Part shown: positions 11,601 to 22,300 of the stretch, piece after piece
Layout of the letters: each line of letters starts with the position of its first letter
Numbering within the stretch: position 1 is the first letter of the stretch
Origin: Macrostomum lignano
Taxonomy: Eukaryota
Direction: 5' to 3'
DNA length: 64,000 bases
Assembly: GCA_002269645.1 (NCBI GenBank)
Contig: NIVC01000292.1
Coordinates: forward strand, 558,001 to 622,000
The notes under the pieces: generated by a model
What the model saw: only the letters and a program-made list of their open reading frames with translations
What the model was told of the DNA's origin: nothing
Database searches by the model: none
Program-made: the position numbers and the translations under genes

Positions 11601-14600
11601 TGTGTTCAGTATCTTCCCCATATCTATTCTCCCCTTGTCTGACACCTTCCCCATATCTATTCTCCCCTGTGTTCAGTACCTTCCCCATATCTATTCTCCC
11701 CTCTGTTCAGTATCTTCCCCATATCTATTCTCCCCTTGTCTGACATCTTCCCCATATCTATTCTCTCCTTGTCTGACACCTTCCCCATATCTATTCTCTC
11801 CTTGTCTGACACCTTCCCCATATCTATTCTCCCCTTGCCTGACACCTTCCCCATATCTATTCTCTCCTTGTCTGACACCTTCCCCATATCTATTCTCTCC
11901 TTGTCTGACACCTTCCCCATATCTATTCTCCCTTGCCTGACACCTTCCCCATATCTATTCTCTCCTTGTCTGACACCTTCCCCATATCTATTCTCTCCTT
12001 TTCTGACACCTTCCCCATATCTATTCTCTCCTTGTCTGACACCTTCCCCATATCTATTCTCCCCTTGCCTGACACCTTCCCCATATCTATTCTCTCCTTG
12101 TCTGACACCTTCCCCATATCTATTCTCTCCTTGTCTGACACCTTCCCCATATCTATTCTCTCCTTGTCTGACACCTTCCCCATATCTATTCTCTCCTTGT
12201 CTGACACCTTCCCCATATCTAAAATAGAATATCTATTCTCCCCTTGTCTGACACCTTCCCCATATCTATTCTCTCCTTGTCTGACACCTTCCCCATATCT
12301 ATTCTCTCCTTGTCTGACACCTTCCCCATATCTATTCTCCCCTTGCCTGACACCTTCCCCATATCTATTCTCCCCTTGTCTGACACCTTCCCCATATCTA
12401 TTCTCCCCTTGCCTGACACCTTCCCCATATCTATTCTCTCCTTGTCTGACACCTTCCCCATATCTATTCTCTCCTTGTCTGACACCTTCCCCATATCTAT
12501 TCTCTCCTTGTCTGACACCTTCCCCATATCTATTCTCTCCTTGTCTGACACCTTCCCCATATCTATTCTCTCCTTTTCTGACACCTTCCCCATATCTATT
12601 CTCTCCTTGTCTGACACCTTCCCCATATCTATTCTCTCCTTTTCTGACACCTTCCCCATATCTAAAATAGAATATCTATTCTCCCCTTGTCTGACACCTT
12701 CCCCATATCTATTCTCCCCTTGTCTGACACCTTCCCCATATCTAAAATAGAATATCTATTCTCCCCTTGTCTGACACCTTCCCCATATCTATTCTCCCCT
12801 TGTCTGACACCTTCCCCATATCTATTCTCTCCTTGTCTGACACCTTCCCCATATCTATTCTCCCCTTGTCTGACACCTTCCCCATATCTATTCTCTCCTT
12901 GTCTGACACCTTCCCCATATCTATTCTCCCCTTGTCTGACACCTTCCCCATATCTATTCTCTCCTTGTCTGACACCTTCCCCATATCTATTCTCTCCTTG
13001 TCTGACACCTTCCCCATATCTAAAATAGAATATCTATTCTCCCCTTGTCTGACACCTTCCCCATATCTATTCTCCCCTTGCCTGACACCTTCCCCATATC
13101 TATTCTCTCCTTGTCTGACACCTTCCCCATATCTATTCTCTCCTTTCTGACACCTTCCCCATATCTATTCTCTCCTTGTCTGACACCTTCCCCATATCTA
13201 TTCTCCCCTTGTCTGACACCTTCCCCATATCTAAAATAGAATATCTATTCTCCCCTTGTCTGACACCTTCCCCATATCTATTCTCCCCTTGTCTGACACC
13301 TTCCCCATATCTAAAATAGAATATCTATTCTCCCCTTGTCTGACACCTTCCCCATATCTATTCTCCCCTTGTCTGACACCTTCCCCATATCTATTCTCTC
13401 CTTGTCTGACACCTTCCCCATATCTATTCTCTCCTTGTCTGACACCTTCCCCATATCTATTCTCCCCTTGTCTGACACCTTCCCCATATCTATTCTCTCC
13501 TTGTCTGACACCTTCCCCATATCTAAAATAGAATATCTATTCTCCCCTTGTCTGACACCTTCCCCATATCTGTTCTATCCTGTGTTTAGCATATTCCCAT
13601 ATCTATTCCCCCTGTGTTCTGCATCTTCCTCTTATCTATTCTCCCATTGCCTGTCCCTTGTCTAGTCTCAGCTTGGGAGCTGCCTCCACTTACCGTGTTT
13701 GCCCCGATCAGTTCCATTAGGCGCCGTGATCAGGTCAATGGGATTTACAAGCAACGGGATTAAAGCTTCACGAGTCCCATCGCATTCCTGGAGCCTGTTT
13801 GGGAAGAATGAATTTTCTGCTCTCCAGGAGCTCCGCGGAATTGAAGGAATGTCTGGCGTGTTTGCTTTAGCCTCCAGACCGAGCTCGTAAATGCAGTCTT
13901 TAATTGCCGCCGCTTCAGCTGTTCCAGCTTGCTTTTGAGTGCGCCAGATCCCACAGCCGGAACTCAGATCGGTCAGCTGCGGACTATCGCAATAACCGAT
14001 TTTCCGCAGGGTAAAACAGTTGGCCTGACTGTTGCCTCTTCTGCCATGTACCGCACCTTATCCCCCTTCCCTACTCACCCGCTCTGTTTCTGTTTGTGGC
14101 TTTTCCTCTCTCACATTTTCCCATCTCCGCTCCCCATTTATTTACCTTCTCCAATCCATCGCCAATTTTCTATCCACCCTCTGTCCGCCCCTCTCCGCCC
14201 CTCTCCGCTCCCTCTCCGCTCCCTTTCCGCCCCTCTCCGCTCCCTCTCCGCCCCTCTCCGCCTCATGTCCGCCTTCCTATTTGCTCCTCTGCTCCCCTCT
14301 CCGCCCCCTATCCGCCCCTGTCCGCTCCTCTCCGCCCCCTCTCCGCTCCTCTACGCCCCCTGTCTGCTCCTCTCCGCCCCTCTTCGCTCCTCTCCGCCCC
14401 CTGTCCGCCAACCTCTCCGCTCCTCTCCGCCCCCTGTCCGCTCCTCTCCGCAAACCTCTCCGCTCCTTTCCGGCCACCTCTCCGCCCCTCTCCTTCCCAT
14501 CCCCGTCTTCCTATCCGCCCCCATCTCCGCGGCTCTCCGCTTCTCTTGTATCTTTTTTCTTGAAGTTGCTCCCAATCCAATGGTTCCAACAGCTCTGAAT

Positions 14601-15054
14601 AAAGAGCTGCTCTACATATCGGCAGTCAGGCCAGCAATCAATGGCTGTTTCATACCCCTCTCGAGCAGCTGCAGAGCCCCAGCCAGATGCGCGGCCAATC
14701 AAGCTCCAATTAAATGCCCGCCCCCGCCGCTCCCGCAGCACGGAGATGATGCACCTGCCGTTCCAGGCGGTCGAGGGTCACCTGGCCTACGTGTCGCCGG
14801 TGCTGACGCAGGACGAGGATCCGGAAGCTCAGCTGGACGCCTTCAGCCGGATGGTGCACGAGCAGTTTATCGGGTCGCGCAGGCTAAAGTGCCAAGTTGT
14901 GTACTTTAACGACGTCAACCAGCCCTGCGTGTACGTGTACACCAGGGAGGGCCAGTCGGAGCCCTGGCGCTGCCTGCAGGACGAACTCGTAGCTGCCGGG
15001 CTCGCGCAGTGGTTCCCGGTGCCGCGGGTGCCACCGCAGATGCCGCAGGCGTGA
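2624..15054 (+). CDS. AKAP1: AKAP1/spoonbill-like KH + Tudor domain protein (about 430 aa; 5' end uncertain)
   Basis: Exons 2624-3143, 3760-3887, 9916-10244, 14739-15054 sum to 1293 nt (431 codons) with GT-AG introns in phases 1, 0, 2. KH domain with GxxG loop (FLIPNKLGGSMVGTRGRNINYIRAKSGA...VRGPVNCVKIALQVIKKRFP). Extended Tudor domain (FMQQPTHPSFHHL; AWHRAII; KYLDWGGYERMPVSCLKQIRTEMMHLPFQAVE) closely follows AKAP1 (QQHTHPTF...YVDYGGY...LRQIRSDFVTLPFQ). First in-frame ATG is 2624; a phase-1 acceptor (ctgctttagcag, 2606) lies just upstream. Confidence 0.85.
3171..3455. repeat. 14-bp minisatellite (TTTGCACTCTTCAA)n, AKAP1 intron 1
   Basis: About 20 tandem units with a TTTTCGCTCTTCAA variant. 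Confidence 0.95.
4172..4467. repeat. 43-bp minisatellite (GAGATAATAGTCCCATTGTCATTTTCTATACATATCGGTAGAT)n
   Basis: About 7 near-identical units. Confidence 0.95.
4917..6352. repeat. 17-bp minisatellite (GAATAGCTGACAGTCTR)n
   Basis: About 85 units with A/G and ACAG/ACAA/ACTG variants. Confidence 0.97.
6938..7190 (-). mobile_element. Possible tRNA-derived SINE in AKAP1 intron 2
   Basis: The minus strand begins GGGCGGAGCAGTTCAGCGGTAAGG (A-box-like) ... CCAGGGTTCGATTCC (B box) and ends near AATAAA (6943-6938). No full cloverleaf and no TSD seen. Confidence 0.35.
7967..8765. repeat. 35-bp minisatellite (CTGTCTGCACAGGTGAATGTGGGTGAAGAATGGGT)n
   Basis: About 16 units at 7993-8570. The flanking motif AGTGCAGAGCAAGACTTGAT recurs at about 7968, 8571 and 8741. 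Confidence 0.95.
9525..9865. repeat. 20-bp minisatellite (GGTCACTTGGTTGGGTCACT)n upstream of AKAP1 exon 3 acceptor
   Basis: Tandem units with inserted GAAATCGGGTCACT variants. Confidence 0.9.
10268..10968. repeat. 19-bp minisatellite (CCCAGCTGGAATCCCCATT)n
   Basis: About 36 units starting 23 nt after the exon-3 donor. Confidence 0.95.
11443..13645. repeat. 33-bp minisatellite (CCCCATATCTATTCTCTCCTTGTCTGACACCTT)n with recurrent 14-bp insertion
   Basis: About 60 units. Insertion AAAATAGAATATCT at 12221, 12664, 12744, 13022, 13233, 13313 and 13525. Confidence 0.97.
14180..14535. repeat. Degenerate C-rich (CCGCCCCTCT/CCGCTCCTCT) repeat
   Basis: Short degenerate units upstream of the last AKAP1 acceptor. 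Confidence 0.85.
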
Positions 15055-15276
15055 CAGTAGGGCTCGGAACTGGGTGTCACTGAGTGCGCGTCTCCGTGCT
15101 GGCTTGCTGAAGGCTGAGCTGCAGATTGAAGTTTGTCACTCCGTTTGAGGTGACATTTTCAATCTGTCAATCCAGTGTGACTCACCCTTCAGCAATTTAG
15201 CTGCAGCAACATCTGTTAGTCATCGAGTCATCCTCAGATTAACCATTGATCACCGTACTGGCTTTCTAACCGATCA

Positions 15277-15850
<574 letters not shown>

Positions 15851-16471
15851 TAGTGTCTGTTTGTCCGTTTTGCCGTGGCGCCTGCATTTTCGCCCCATTC
15901 TAATCAGCTTTCCTTTTATCTGCTATTCTTCATTGGTGTTCAAACGCTTCACAGATGATATAATTCATTCACAGGCATATTTAATTACTCTCTTATCAGT
16001 TTCGGTGTTGGATTATTGCTATTTTCAGTGTCTATACAATCGCATATTTTATCCTCCATACGGCTATAATTGTTGCCCACTGTTGGTGTCGTTTCCTACG
16101 CGTGCCTGACAGATGTTTTATTTAACTCAAATATTTTAGCTAGCAGCAGCGTATTGCTTTACTGTGGTGGATCGTGTCCGAACTGCACTACTAGCCCGCC
16201 CTGTTCAGTAGCATCCCATGAGCCTGTAAAACTAGATTTTTCATGTTTACTCTGAAGTTTGCTCATCCTCTTTTTCGAATTTTAAAATTAGTGAATATCG
16301 TTGAGAGCGCATTGCACCGTGTTTTTATTGCGTTTTCTGGCACTCTCGCCTGCACTTTAAATATTTTAGGCACCTGTGTGAATGGCTGGGGCTGCGCTGC
16401 ACATGCTGGGGACAGGAGGCCGCCCTTGTGCAATTCCTGATGGGGCTTGGAAGCTGTACAGAGGTGCTCTT

Positions 16472-17012
16472 TGGGCCAGTCTCCCAGATCCTCAGTTGCT
16501 GGGCCAGCCTCCCAATTCCTTAGTTGCTGGGCCAGCCTCCCAATTCCTTAGTTGCTGGGCCAGCCTCCCAGATCCTCAGTTGCTGGGCCAGCCTCCCAGA
16601 TCCTCAGTTGCTGGGCCAGCCTCCCAGATCCTTAGTTGCTGGGCCAGCCTCCCAGATCCTTAGTTGCTGGGCCAGCCTTTAGATCCTCAGTTGCTGGGCC
16701 AGCCTCCCAGATCCCCAGTTGCTGGGCCAGCCTCCCAGATCCCCAGTTGCTGTGCCAGCCTCCCAGATCCTCAGTTGCTGGGCCAGCCTCCCAGATCCTT
16801 AGTTGCTGGGCCAGCCTTTAGATCCTCAGTTGCTGGGCCAGCCTCCCAGATCCCCAGTTGCTGGGCCAGCCTCCCAGATCCCCAGTTGCTGGGCCAGCCT
16901 CCCAGATCCTCAGTTGCTGGGCCAGCCTCCCAGATCCTCAGTTGCTGGGCCAGCCTCCCAGATCCTCAGTTGCTGGGCCAGCCTCCCAGATCCTCAGTTG
17001 CTGGGCCAGCCT
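16472..17012. repeat. 28-bp minisatellite (CAGTTGCTGGGCCAGCCTCCCAGATCCT)n, locus 1
   Basis: About 19 units; same unit as 54917-55485. Confidence 0.95.
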
Positions 17013-17961
17013 GTATGTATGCACAGGTATTTGCACAGGCGTATGCACAGGTGTTTGCCCGCCATCGCACAGTTCCATGTTGTCCATCACTTATTTTCCG
17101 TTATTCGAAAAAATATTTTTATCTGCAATGCAAGACCTCTTCGGAGTTGCCGCCTCTCAGGAGAGAAAAAGTTTTTTTTCTGATTTTTTTGTTCAAGGCT
17201 TTTCTGCCCATACTACTGCTACTAACCCGTCTAAGTAGTGCAGTGCAGATGCGTTTTTTTCGATGTTTTGCAAGTTTTTTTAGCGGCAGCGTTCTGTGCG
17301 GCTCTGCTCCTTTTCCTATATGTCAATCAGCTTTAGTTATTTATTACGCTAACCAAATTAATTTACAGTTATTGTTGACCTCGGGTCCGCTTGCATTCTG
17401 TGTAGATCGTGTCAGTGCTCCCATGCTTGTAGCAACAGCTACTGTCCGATATTTGTCTCCGCTTGAAGCTGCAGTGTGTTGTGCTTGAGCCGTTTCTCCG
17501 TGTCCTGTTTATTTCCTATAATTTATTAATGCTGCTAAACTCAAATTTTACTAGCGTTCCCAATTGTACAAACCTTTCGAGACGATAAAATTGACCGACG
17601 TAAATTCAGAAAAAAATATTTTTAATCCATTATAGTTGGTCATCCAGACTCCCCCATCTTCCCCCTTGGCATCAAACATTTTATTGGTTTTTTAACTCGC
17701 TGCCACGTCACACGAGCTTGGGGGTTGCCGTTTTTAATCTGCAACAGGAATTGTGTTTTTGCTGGTGTTCAAAGTGTCCCGACTGTTGGATTTATCATTT
17801 CATTTTTCTCGCGTCAGCAAAATATTGTTAGACTTTTTGTTTTGGACTTTTTGAAGAAAATTTTAAAGATAAAGACCGAAATTCTACTCGCCTATCGTTA
17901 ATTAAGCTTTAAATGACTTGTGCTTTCTGGCCGCGTTGCTCTTTTGTGGGGACTCTGGATG

Positions 17962-18692
17962 CAGGTCCAAGCTCTGATGGAGCGGCAGGTGCAAGCTCTG
18001 ATGGAGAGGCAGGTTCAAGCTCTGATGGAGAGGAGAGGCAGGTTCAAGCTCTGATGGAGCGGCAGATTCAAGCTCTGATGGAGAGGAGAGGCAGATTCAA
18101 GCTCTGATGGAGAGGAGAGGCAGGTTCAAGCTCTGATGGAGCGGCAGATTCAAGCTCTGATGGAGAGGAGAGGCAGATTCAAGCTCTGATGGAGAGGAGA
18201 GGCAGGTTCAAGCTCTGATGGAGCGGCAGATTCAAGCTCTGATGGAGAGGAGAGGCAGATTCAAGCTCTGATGGAGAGGAGAGGCAGATTCAAGCTCTGA
18301 TGGAGAGGAGAGGCAGGTTCAAGCTCTGATGGAGAGGCAGATTCAAGCTCTGATGGAGAGGAGAGGCAGATTCAAGCTCTGATGGAGAGGAGAGGCAGGT
18401 TCAAGCTCTGATGGAGAGGAGAGGCAGGTTCAAGCTCTGATGGAGAGGAGAGGCAGGTTCAAGCTCTGATGGAGAGGAGAGGCAGGTTCAAGCTCTGATG
18501 GAGAGGAGAGGCAGGTTCAAGCTCTGATGGAGCGGAGAGGCAGGTTCAAGCACTGATGGAGCGGAGAGGCAGGTTCAAGCACTGATGGAGCGGAGAGGCA
18601 GGTTCAAGCTCTGATGGAGCGGAGAGGCAGGTTCAAGCACTGATGGAGCGGAGAGGCAGGTTCAAGCTCTGATGGAGCGGAGAGGCAGGTTC
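17962..18692. repeat. 24/29-bp minisatellite (GGCAGGTTCAAGCTCTGATGGAGAGGAGA)n
   Basis: About 26 units between the convergent AKAP1 and TRPM 3' ends. Confidence 0.95.
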
Positions 18693-19374
18693 AGCATATC
18701 AGAGAGATTCATAGTGGCTAAGTGTGTTCGTACAGGTAAGAATTCGTTTGAAAAAAATCGAGCAGCTGAGGCTCCAGTTTCCATGGCCAAAAAGTGGCAG
18801 CCGAAAAATAAACTCAGTTATTTATTGAATAAAAATAAAATTATATTTTCTGTTAAACAACATTTTCTATTTTTGGTATGCGAGCTTACTTCAAAGCGTT
18901 TAGGTTTATAAGTAGCAGAGAAGTGTATCTGCGAAGTTTCAGTTTTCATAATTTCAAAGGCACAACAAAAATGACTACAAAAAACACGGGCTATGCAGGT
19001 AGGTCGCAGGTAATAAAGCTCTCTGATAAGTGAATAAGTATATCTTATCATTGAAAAAAGTAGATTTTAGCAAACTATGCAATAAATATGCTAATAGTAG
19101 ACAAGAGTGGTTTTTATAGGATTTATCTAGAGACTCTCGCATCATAGAGATTATCGTCGAAGGCAAGAAGTACTAGATTTTTGGATAGAGATAAACTAAA
19201 AAAGTGATGAGAAAAAGTAAAATCTAAATTCAGAGAGGATTAGCATCTGTTTCTGAGAATATAATGAAACAGTGATAGCGGCAGAAAACCATTCAATAAG
19301 ACATTCGGCAGTCAGGAGTTCGTCAAAAGGTTTAAAGTTAACTTTGCATCAGTGACTACTCATTCAACTGGCCG

Positions 19375-22300
19375 TCAGTAGTACGCGTTGCGCAATTGGA
19401 TCAGCTTCTCCAGGCAGCGCCAGTGTCCGGGCGGGAACTTGCTCTCGGACTTGTGGGACAGCTCAGTCCAGCGGGGACGGCTCTTGGAGTCCAGCTGCGG
19501 GAGTGGGGGGGCAATAGGCTGCTGACCTGCTACTCATCTACAGCCTGCTGCTGGCCTGCCGCTTATCCACAGCCTGCTGCTAGCCTGCCGCTTATCTACA
19601 GCCTGCTGCTGACCTGCCGCTTATCTACAGCCTGCTGCTGACCTGCCGCTTATCTGCAGCCTGCTGCTGGCCTGCCGCTTATCTACAGCCTGCTGCTGGC
19701 CTGCCGCTTATCTACAGCCTGCTGCTGGCCTGCCGCTTATCCACAGCCTGCTGCTAGCCTGCCGCTTATCTACAGCCTGCTGCTGGCCTGCCGCTTATCC
19801 ACAGCCTGCTGCTGACCTGCCGCTTATCTACAGCCTGCTGCTGGCCTGCCGCTCATCTGCTGCCTGCTGCTGACCTGCCGCTTATCTACAGCCTGCTGCT
19901 AGCCTGCCGCTTATCTACAGCCTGCTGCTGACCTGCCGCTTATCTGCAGCCTGCTGCTGGCCTGCCGCTTATCTGACGCCTGCTGCTGACCTGCCGCTTA
20001 TCTACAGCCTGCTGCTGGCCTGCCGCTTATCCACAGCCTGCCTGGCCTGCCGCTTATCTACAGCCTGCTGCTGGCCTGCCGCTTATCCACAGCCTGCCTG
20101 GCCTGCCGCTTATCTACAGCCTGCTGCTGGCCTGCCGCTAGTCAGCCTGCTGCTGACTTGAAAACTTGACTTTCACCCCAACAGCACTCCCGGCCGGACT
20201 CTAACCCTCGAGCATCACCCCCGGCCGGACTCTCACCCCCGAGCATCACCCCCTGCTGTACTCTCACCTTCAGCCGGACGCCGTCCCACAGCCCGCCGGT
20301 GTCGTCGTGCAGGCAGAAGGCGCGCAGCTCCAGCCAGGCGCTGTCGGTGTTCAGCTCGTCGTCCAGGTAGGCGCCACCGAAACCGGGGCCCGCCGCGGCC
20401 GTCACCTCGCTGAGACGCGCCGCGGCCGCCTCCGGGACCGTCAGCGGCGCCTGGCCGCCCTGCCGCTGCTGAGCGTCGGCCAGAAGGCGGCGACAGTCGC
20501 CGTCGATCGGCAGGCGGCGGGCGGGCAGCTCGGGAGCGCGGTAGCCGCCTTCGCCGGAGTCGGCGGGCAGCGCCAGCAGCTCCAGGGCGCGCTTGCCGCG
20601 GCGCTCCTTGTCTGACCAGCGGGTGACGAGCAGCAGGGCGCGGTGGTTCGGGCCCCAGGCGGGCAGGCGGCCGCGCCCCGCCAGGCCGGTGCGACCGGCC
20701 GGGTTCAGCGGCCGCCCGGTGGCCGCGTCCAGGCTGTAGGGGGCCGCGGCGAAGCTGCGCCGCTCCGAGCCGCTGGCCTCGTCGAAGGTGTTGAAGGCCA
20801 GACTGCAGGGGAGCGGAAAAAAGGGTGGCTTGGGGATCCAACTCGCAGGGTTGGTTACCGAGGCTGAGGTTACTGGGGTCGCCACCGGTTTCTGAGGTCG
20901 CCACCGGTTACTGGGGTCGCCACCGGTTTCTGGGGTCGCCACCGGTTTCTGGGGTCGCCACCGGTTTCTGGGGTCACCACCGGTTACTGGGGTCACCACC
21001 GGTTTCTGGGGTCACCACCGGTTACTGGGGTCACCACCGGTTACTGGGGTCACCACCGGTTTCTGGGGTCACCACCGGTTACTGGGGTCACCACCGGTTA
21101 CTGGGGTCACCACCGGTTTCTGGGGTCACCACCGGTTTCTGGGGTCACCACCGGTTTCTGGGGTCGCCACCGGTTTCTGGGGTCGCCACCGGTTTCTGGG
21201 GTCACCACCGGTTTCTGGGGTCGCCACCGGTTTCTGGGGTCGCCACCGGTTACTGGGGTCGCCACCGGTTACTGGGGTCGCCACCGGTTACTGGGGTCGC
21301 CACCGGTTTCTGGGGTCACCACCGGTTACTGGGGTCACCACCGGTTTCTGGGGTCGCCACCGGTTACTGGGGTCGCCACCGGTTACTGGGGTCGCCACCG
21401 GTTACTGGGGTCACCACCGGTTTCTGGGGTCGCCACCGGTTTCTGGGGTCACCACTGGTTTCTGGGGTCACCACCGGTTACTGGGGTCGCCACCGGTTAC
21501 TGGGGTCGCCACCGGTTTCTGGGGTCACCACCGGTTTCTGGGGTCGCCACCGGTTTCTGGGGTCGCCACCGGTTTCTGGGGTCGCCACCGGTTTCTGGGG
21601 TCACCACCGGTTTCTGGGGTCACCACCGGTTACTGGGGTCGCCACCGGTTACTGGGGTCGCCACCGGTTTCTGGGGTCGCCACCGGTTTCTGGGGTCACC
21701 ACCGGTTTCTGGGGTCGCCACCGGTTTCTGGGGTCACCACCGGTTTCTGGGGTCACCACCGGTTTCTGGGGTCACCACCGGTTTCTGGGGTCACCACCGG
21801 TTTCTGGGGTCACCACCGGTTTCTGGGGTCACCACCGGTTTCTGGGTCACCACCGGTTTCTGGGGTCACCACCGGTTTCTGGGGTCACCACCGGTTTCTG
21901 GGGTCACCACCGGTTTCTGGGGTCACCACCGGTTTCTGGGGTCACCACCGGTTTCTGGGGTTACTACCGGTTCATCACCCAGCCCCCCAGACTCACCCAG
22001 CCCCCCAGACTCACCCAGCCCCCCAGACTCACCCAGCCCCCCAGACTCACCCAGCCCCCCAGACTCACCCAGCCCCCCAGACTCACCCAGCCCCCCAGAC
22101 TCACCCAGCCCCCCAGACTCACCCAGCCCCCCAGACTCACTCAGCCCCCCAGACTCACTCAGCCCCCAGACTCACCCAGTCCCCCAGACTCACCCAGCCC
22201 CCAGACTCACCCAGCCCCCCAGACTCACCCAGCCCCCAGACTCACCCAGCCCCCAGACTCACCCAGCCCCCCAGACTCACCCAGCCCCCCAGACTCATCA

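Noticed and set aside
20870-21970. GGTCGCCACC / ACCGGT resembling the EGFP-vector Kozak/AgeI junction
   Set aside because: Part of a 19-bp genomic tandem unit with natural variants; no vector sequence nearby.
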